A stretch of DNA of 64,000 bases, taken from NCBI GenBank assembly GCA_951406725.2, contig OX597819.1, positions 100,502,001 through 100,566,000 of the forward strand, written 5' to 3'. The DNA comes from Octopus vulgaris. Taxonomy: Eukaryota. Numbering within the stretch: the stretch's first letter is position 1; every line of letters begins with the position of its first letter. Positions 56,751 to 64,000 of the stretch are shown here, one piece after another. The notes under the pieces were generated by a model, which was not told the origin of the DNA, did no database searches, and saw nothing but the letters and a program-made list of their open reading frames with translations. Made by a program: the position numbers and the translations under genes.

Positions 56751-58436
56751 ATCTAACTTGTATGATTAGCTATCAACCTAAACCTTAAGAATTGTTAGCA
56801 GTGAAGAATCGCAGAGAATGGTCCGTTTAGGACCAAAATAATAACTCCCAGAGTTTAACATCATCTTTTCACATCCTGTGTTCAAATTTAATCGGGGTTT
56901 AATGTATTTCGTTCAACCTAGTGTTAAGATTGCAAACAACCAAATTGCACGTATAAATTTCATTTACTAATTACTTTTCGTCATTACATTGTTTGAAATA
57001 AACAATGATATTTTATTTTCGTTATTGTTTTAGACCAGTCATTCGCTTTACGGTGGCTGGTGAGCAAATATTTCCTAAATTATCGGACGGAGATGCATGT
57101 GCACGGCTGTTTATTAAAGGAGTTAGCTTTCGGATTAAGTCCCATTCCGTAGCACCCTTAGTAGGTGTTTTTACTATAGCTCCAGGGGCCATCTTATACG
57201 TATATATGCATGTGATTGCAAATGTGTGAGGTCTGTGTGTGCACGTGCGCGTGTGTGGTGTGTGTATTTGTATGTGTTTGTGTGTGCGTAATGTGTATGT
57301 CTGTGTGCATGCGTATGTCGGTGTGTGTGTGTTTTGATGTGCTTGGTCTCTGAACTCTACACCACACTGAAGAGACCCCACAGCATCTTGCCTGCAATTT
57401 AACATGAAATTCAATAGCTCTATGTTGGAGCGGTTATTTTACCACTTTTCTAAATTCTTCTTTTCTTTTCTTTATAAGCTTCCTGAGAAACTTGTGTCGG
57501 TCGACTCTCTCCTCTCAAAACTGATTGCCTTTGTTGTTTTTGTATATTTTGCCACATTTGATATTCCTGGCCAGTGGGTGTTTAATAAATTTTAGTGTAT
57601 ATCTGTTTTTCATCCAGGAAAATACTATAAGAGTATCAATGTTCTTCATTGCCAGAGCAACCAACACCTCAATATACAGCTCATCATTGCCTTCCATATT
57701 TACCTCCTCCTCATCCTCCTCCTCCTCCTCCTCCTCCTCCTCCTCCTCCTCCGTCTTCTTCTTCTCTACATTATCATCATCATCATAATCATCATATTTG
57801 TCAGCGTCGTCGTCATTATCATCATCCACCTGATACTTTTTTATTTGTTTTGTTTTATTATTTGTTTCATTTGTTGCATTCGTCTTGAAATCTTATTGTA
57901 AATAAAGTTTATCAGGAACACACATTATCAGTATCTTAGAGATATATGTCGTTACTATTATGCAAAAGTGTCGTAAGTCCCAAATTTTGCTTTATCAGAA
58001 AACGAAAGCAATAGTTTCACCATTCCATAGCAAAACCGTTGTACTACACTTTGGCAATTTTTAATATCTATTAATATATTGGCATCTGAAGCACTGGAGA
58101 TACGATAGACTGGTCAATAGAAGCGGCTATTGCAAGAAAAATAAATCTTGAAAAGAAAAAAAAACGCATTTGGTCAAATTTGGACATACGACACTTTAAC
58201 AAAATAGCAACGATATACATCAACAGTTTAATTATCTTCACAGGAGCAAAACTCGCGGGGACGGGTATATTTTCAAATGCAGGTATACATATATGCTTAG
58301 AATAAATACAGACAGAATTTATACATAAAAATGTATATATATCACTATACATAATACATATTCATACTCATATATGCATATATACACGCATACATTTACA
58401 TATATACATACACACACTCACACACACACATATAAT

Positions 58437-58484
<48 letters not shown>

Positions 58485-58489
58485 TATAT

Positions 58490-58566
<77 letters not shown>

Positions 58567-58647
58567 ATATATATGCTGTGTGTGTGCGTGTGTTTGTGTG
58601 TGTGGCGCATGTGTGTGTATCTATATATATATATATATATGTATATA

Positions 58648-59046
58648 GGCGTAGGAATGTATGTGTGGTAAGTAGCGTGGTTCCGGTTTCCGGTTTCAGT
58701 CCCACTGCGTGGCACCTTGGTCAAGTGTCTTCTACGATAGCCTCTGGCCGATCAAAGCCTTGTGAGTGGATTTTGTTGACGGAAACTGAAAAAAGCCTGT
58801 CGTACATATGTATATATATATGTGTGTGTGTGTATGCGTTTTTACATGTTTGTGTGTGTGTGTTTGTCCCCTAACATCGCTTGATGACCAATGCTTTTGT
58901 GTTTACGTCCCCGTAACATAACGGTTCATCCCCGTAACATAACGGTTCGATAGAATAAGTACTAGGCTTACAACAAATAAGTCCTGGGGTCGATTTGCTC
59001 GACTAAAGGCGGTGTTCCAGCATGGCCACAGTCATGAAACAAGTAA
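58648..59046 (+). mobile_element. Full-length tRNA-derived SINE with internal TA/TG tract and a ~21-bp tandem duplication
   Basis: GGCGTAGGA…TGTGGTAAGTAGC…TTCAGTCCCACTGCGTGGCACCTTGG…CCAGCATGGCCACAGTC; TCCCCGTAACATAACGGTTC x2. Confidence 0.88.
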
Positions 59047-59356
59047 GGATCTCGGGCATCTTCCATTCGATTGGGCTCAAATTTGAAATGTAGATACCGA
59101 CGGTATCAAGGCGTGTATAATTCTTGAAAAAGTTACAAAAATCGATTCCAGGTGAGAATGCGATCGATGAAGCCGTTTTTGTCCTGCTTTTCTTCCGTCA
59201 ACCTGTACATAGCTGCACCTTCCATTTTTTTGTTTTTGTACTACTTTCCTGCCAAGCTTACTGTTTAAACAATGTTTGTGTTCTCCCAGTCAACGGCCTT
59301 ATCAATACTGGTACTTTAAACTCTTCGGAAGGGAGGAATGGGATGAATGGAAGGAA

Positions 59357-59801
59357 GGACTTCCTGGAAAAGTCCAAATGAGGGGAAGGAAGGGAAGGAA
59401 AAGGATAAGGGGACGGAAGGACTTCTTGGAACAGACCGGGGAGGATGAGTATTTCCTGGAAAATTCAGAGGAGGGAGATGATTGGGACTTCCTGGAAAAG
59501 TCCGGAGGGAGAGAAAGAGGAAGAACTTCCTCGAAACATCCAAGGATTGGAAAGAAGCGGGAAGGAGAGGAATAATTTCTTGGAAAAATCCGAGAATGGA
59601 TTGAGTGGGTCTTCCTGGAAAAGTTCGAGAAGGGGAGGAAAGCCTTCCTGTAAAAGTCCGAGGAGGGGGACTTCATCGAAAAGTCCACGGATGGGAAGGT
59701 AGGGGAGGAAAGACTTTCTGGTAAAGTCTGAGGGGGAAGGAAGGAGAGGAAGGTTTTCCTGGAATAGTCTGAGGACGTGTGCATCCTTTCTGGAAAATTC
59801 C
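59357..59801. repeat. Degenerate array of 12 palindromic 19-bp cores with purine-rich spacers
   Basis: Consensus GGACTTCCTGGAAAAGTCC; spacers of variable length, GA-rich. Confidence 0.85.
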
Positions 59802-59845
59802 AAGGATTGGAGGAAGGGGAGGAAGCGTTTTTCTTGTATTCTTCT

Positions 59846-60045
59846 ATTCTTTTACATGTTTCAGTCATTACGCCGTGGCCATGCTGGAGTACCGCGCTTA
59901 ATCGAAGAAATTGGCCCCTTGACCTATTCCCTGTAAGCTTGGTGCTTATTCTATCAGTCTCTTCTGTTGAACAGCTAAATTACAGGGACGCAAACGCACC
60001 AACATCGGTTGTCAAGCAATGGTGGTAGTGGGACATACACAGACA
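59846..60045 (-). mobile_element. SINE 3' half
   Basis: TGTTTCAGTCATT…GGCCATGCTGGAGTACCGC…CATCGGTTGTCAAGC. Confidence 0.8.
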
Positions 60046-60060
60046 CAAACACACATATAC

Positions 60061-60111
<51 letters not shown>

Positions 60112-60113
<2 letters not shown>

Positions 60114-60316
60114 ACCGCGTGTGTATCATTGGCAATTTTTTTTCCTCCGTTTTCCCTTCCTTGGATCTTTCATTTTCATATGTTTCTGACAAAGAGCTCC
60201 GCTTGAAACGTTAGATCATCCTTCTTTCTTTCCTTTCCTGAGCGTCCAATAACACTATTCTTGTTCCACGTCCTCGCGTTGTGTTTTCTCTTCGTGTTTT
60301 CATGTTTGGATTAACT
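60112..60316 (+). mobile_element. HHR-bearing element, paralogue of 26030-26205, core decayed
   Basis: 60182-60216: GTTT CTGACAA A GAGC-TCC-GCTT GAAAC GTT AGAT. Confidence 0.8.
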
Positions 60317-60334
60317 ATATATACATATATATAC

Positions 60335-61222
60335 ATAAAATCTCTTTTCAATTTTAAAATTTTATTACGAAGGTAGTTGACAGGATATCTTAATCAGATT
60401 TATTTTATGGTAATAATTATTTATTGAAGTTTTTTTAACTGTTATTTAATAGACCTCAATATGTGGACTATTAGTTGCACGAAGCACATCAAAACGGTAT
60501 TCGATTCTTGCCATGTTCGCTGTAGGATAGCCTCATTAATGGTGGAAATGGCATTACGAATTATTTGCTTCAAGTCAGCAATTTTCCATATCTTTGTTTG
60601 ATACATAATATCTTTTACATAAACCCATAAAAAGAAGTCCGAGGGAGTGATATCTGGCGAATGTGGTGGCCATGGAATTGGCCTATCCTTTCCAATCCAT
60701 CGGTCTGGAAATGTTTGATTGAGGAGCTGACGAACATGCCGTCTCCCAATGTGGTGGTGCACCATCTTGCTGGAAAATGATGGTTTAGTTGTAAATCAAT
60801 CAGTTGTGGTGCCACATATTCAGCCAGAAGGTCGAGGTAAACATCTCTAGCAATTGTTGCCTCGTTGAAGAAAAATGGACCAATTATTCGATTGCACATG
60901 ATTCCACACCACACATTCACTGTCTTCATAAATTTCTTGTGCCATGCACAAATTGAAGGACACGATGGTGGATCTCTTCCTTACTTAGTTCTGTAGTTTC
61001 GTTGAGTCTGAACTTTCGATTTTGTCTCAATAAACCAGGATACACGCTTTATAGGGGTTCAGTGAATCAGTTCCCTTCCATCAACAGAGTATCTGAAACA
61101 CAAACACTTAATATCAATAAAAACTTTACTAAACAATTATTAAAATAAAATAAAATTGGTTAAAATATCTCATCAACTGCTTTGGTAATAATTTATCTAA
61201 ATTGTAAAGAGACTTTATAGAC
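60335..61222 (-). mobile_element. Internally deleted Tc1/mariner element, rosa/DD41D-like
   Basis: ~70-bp imperfect TIRs (ATAAAATCTCTTTTCAATTT… / …AAATTGTAAAGAGACTTTAT); frameshifted transposase VNVWCGI…IIGPFFF…QQDGAPPH…FPDRWIG…WPPHSPDITPSDFFLW; D-D spacing about 41. Confidence 0.88.
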
Positions 61223-61239
61223 ATGAACGCAAAACATCT

Positions 61240-61367
61240 AGAGTGTTAGGTGATACAAAAAAGGAACAACAAAACATCCAGACATTCGATACAAAAAAAA
61301 CAAGGAAGGGTCATTCGCAGTTTTCTTTTCATAGTCGAGTTCTAGGTTATCTTTGCAATTTCGGCCA
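61240..61367 (-). mobile_element. Diverged copy of the 21097/26860 family
   Basis: Minus strand GGCCGAAATTGC…GACTATGAAAAGAAAACTGCGAATGACCC…TTTTGTATCG…CTGGATGTTTTG. Confidence 0.55.
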
Positions 61368-61408
61368 TATATATATACATACATGCATACGTACATACAT
61401 ACATACAT

Positions 61409-61469
<61 letters not shown>

Positions 61470-61805
61470 AATATATATATATACATATATATATATATAA
61501 ATATATACATATGTGTGTGTGTATACACACACACTCAAGCACAAATACTACACACATACACACATACACACACACACACACATATATATATTATCATTAT
61601 TAATTATTTAATTTTGAGCATTTCCACCCGTCTCACGTAAAGTTTTTTTCTCATCTTATCACACTTAACTGTTTAAGTTTTACATCTAACTACCACCCAA
61701 CTTTTAACGTAAATTATACCGTTATATTGAAAAAGAAACTGCCAGCCAATCAAATTTAAATATTCTTCCGTATATTTTGAATTATACCTCATAACTCTCT
61801 CTCTC

Positions 61806-62087
61806 TTTTTACTCTTTTACTTGTTTCAGTCATTTGACTGCGGCCATGCTGGAGCACCACCTTTTAGTACTTATTCTATCGGTCTCTTTTTGCCGAACCG
61901 CAAACACACCAGCATCGGTTGTCAAGCAATGCTAGGGGAACAAACACAGACACACAAACACACACACATATACATATATATACATATATACGACAGGCTT
62001 CTTTCAGTTTCCGTCTACCAAATCCACTCACAAGGCATTGGTCAGCCCGGGGCTATAGCAGAAGACACTTGCCCAAGATGCCACGCA
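61806..62087 (-). mobile_element. SINE, 5'-truncated
   Basis: TTGTTTCAGTCATTTGACTGCGGCCATGCTGGAGCACC…GAAGACACTTGCCCAAGATGCCACGCA. Confidence 0.88.
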
Positions 62088-62305
62088 TAAGATTATATTA
62101 CTTGTACAATCAAGATTTTAATTCAGTATCTATCACAACTGTCCTACAAACGGGAACATGAAACACTGAATTACAATTCTGTGATAAATTTGCAGCTTAT
62201 ACAAACACACACAAACAAATACACACACACACATATACACACACACATATATATACATACATACATACATACATACATACATACATACATACATACATAC
62301 ATACA

Positions 62306-62336
<31 letters not shown>

Positions 62337-62969
62337 GTGGGAGTGGATGTGAATTTATGCGTGCGTATTATGTATGTATATAGGCATGTATATATGTATG
62401 TATATGTATGCATATGTAATACGTCAGAGAGGTTAAAAAATAAACATATTCACTCATATAAAATCAAGTATACTTAAAACCACTCAAACATAATCAGAGA
62501 CATACGTTTTTGCTTCATCACTACCCCTTTCCACCCTTGATCTCATCATTATAAATAGTTTACTGTTCCTAGCTCGGCCACCGTCACTTCTGCGGTGTAA
62601 CTTCCACGTATGGAACAAACTACGAGAATAGATGCGACAGGTTTTAATTAAAGACCAGCTTGGACGCTGGAGTTGTTTAATACAGCAATGAATTTCATGG
62701 AAATCCCTTTGTTTCTTCGTTGGCGGTGAAATATTTGCTATTCCCCTAGGGATGCTATTTTTGTGGGAGGTTAATGGTAACGGGTTTCTTGGTACCGAGG
62801 ACACCGCTACGAAATGATATGGCGGAAGGAAATAAAATAAAAGAATAAAGAAATCAAATTAAATAGAATATATAACAGACGTTCGTATTGCGCTGGAAAT
62901 TATATGGACGGATACTGGGCGGTTGAGTGTCAGTGCTTTCGATAGTGAGAAGCTTTAGAGGTGGCATTT

Positions 62970-63955
62970 ATAGTGATGATGGTGATGATAGTAATCTATA
63001 GAGATGATGTTAGGGATGGTGCATAATGGTCATGGCGTGTGTAATGGTGTTGATGGTAAAGGCAGAGGTGGTGGTGGTGGTGATTGTTGTTCTGGTAGCT
63101 GCGGTAGTGGTGGCAGTGATCATTCCAGTTCTTTGCTGAATGTGGCGAACTGTATGGCATTAATTTTGCTTTTATTTTTGTTGTCGTTATTGTTGATGGT
63201 GGGTGTGGTGCAAGTAGTAGTGGTGGTGGTGGTGGTGGTGGTGGTTGTGGCTGTGGTTTTGTAGTAGCATTAATGGTAATGGCGGTGGTGATTTAGTGCT
63301 CAGTATGATAACGGAGGTGGGACCTTTTGATGTTGCTGATAGTGTTTTGGCGGTAGGGATGGTGTTGGTGGTAGTGATGATGATGATGATGATGATGCCA
63401 GTGTGACAATAGCAATAGAAGTGGTATTGTATTTGTAGTAGTTTTGGTAAGAGTAGTTCGGATAATAGTGTTAGCCTTTAGAAATAGTAATAGTTGCAGA
63501 GGTGGTGATGGTGGTGGCTGTGGTGACGATGGCGATGGCAGTGGAGACGGAGGTGGTGTTAGTGGTGGTGGTGGCGATGATGGCGGTGTTGTCGGTGGCA
63601 TCAGCGACGCTGGCGATGGTGATGTTAATAAGAGCATGATAGTTATGGTAGTCGTAAAAGCGAAGACAATATTAATGGATGATAAGGAGCATGCTGATGA
63701 TAATGATTATGAGAATGTTGTTGATGATGATGATGATGAGGAGGAGGAGGATGAGGAGGAGGGGAGGTGGATGGGGAGGAGTTGGAAGAGGATAATAATC
63801 ATAACGGTTACGGCGACGATGATGATGATAACGATGAACATGCTGCTGCTGCTGATGATGATGATGAAGATAACGGAAAGGAGGAGGAGGAAATGGATGC
63901 GGAAAGATAACAATAATTACAAGGACGACGACAATGATGATGATGGTGATGATGG

Positions 63956-64000
<45 letters not shown>
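62970..64000. repeat. Degenerate GGT/GAT/GAG trinucleotide low-complexity region
   Basis: Direct inspection; ends in pure (GAT)n. Confidence 0.85.

Noticed and set aside
59357-59801. CRISPR array interpretation
   Set aside because: Repeats are degenerate, spacers are low-complexity and irregular, there are no cas genes, and the context is animal genomic DNA.
59302-59868. 188-aa ORF and overlapping ORFs
   Set aside because: They arise from the purine/pyrimidine-biased repeat array, which is open in several frames.

Overview
AT-rich, extremely microsatellite-dense animal genomic DNA with no recognisable host protein-coding exon. The tRNA-derived SINE families and repeat make-up resemble an octopus (coleoid cephalopod) gene desert or giant intron; this is an inference from recalled repeat families, not a database match. 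Nearly all ORFs in the supplied track are simple-repeat artefacts. The real content is decayed transposons: an Hsmar1-like mariner, a deleted mariner, rosa/DD41D-like and TRT/DD37E-like Tc1 remnants, Tc1 and hAT MITEs, CR1-, Tx1- and R4/Dong-like LINE 3' ends, and many SINEs. The most notable unannotated signal is a set of about 10 hammerhead-ribozyme (HHR) motifs from at least five sequence families. They sit in short non-coding elements, mostly inserted in (TA)n tracts and in two cases arranged as divergent inverted duplications, which suggests Penelope-like or retrozyme-like non-autonomous elements. One HHR has an intact core, one subfamily carries a fixed A6U core change, and one has a very long stem II. 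Also notable are a near-perfect 239-bp palindrome and a 12-unit palindromic array rich in TTC-N3-GAA (STAT/GAS-like) sites. All structures were paired by eye.
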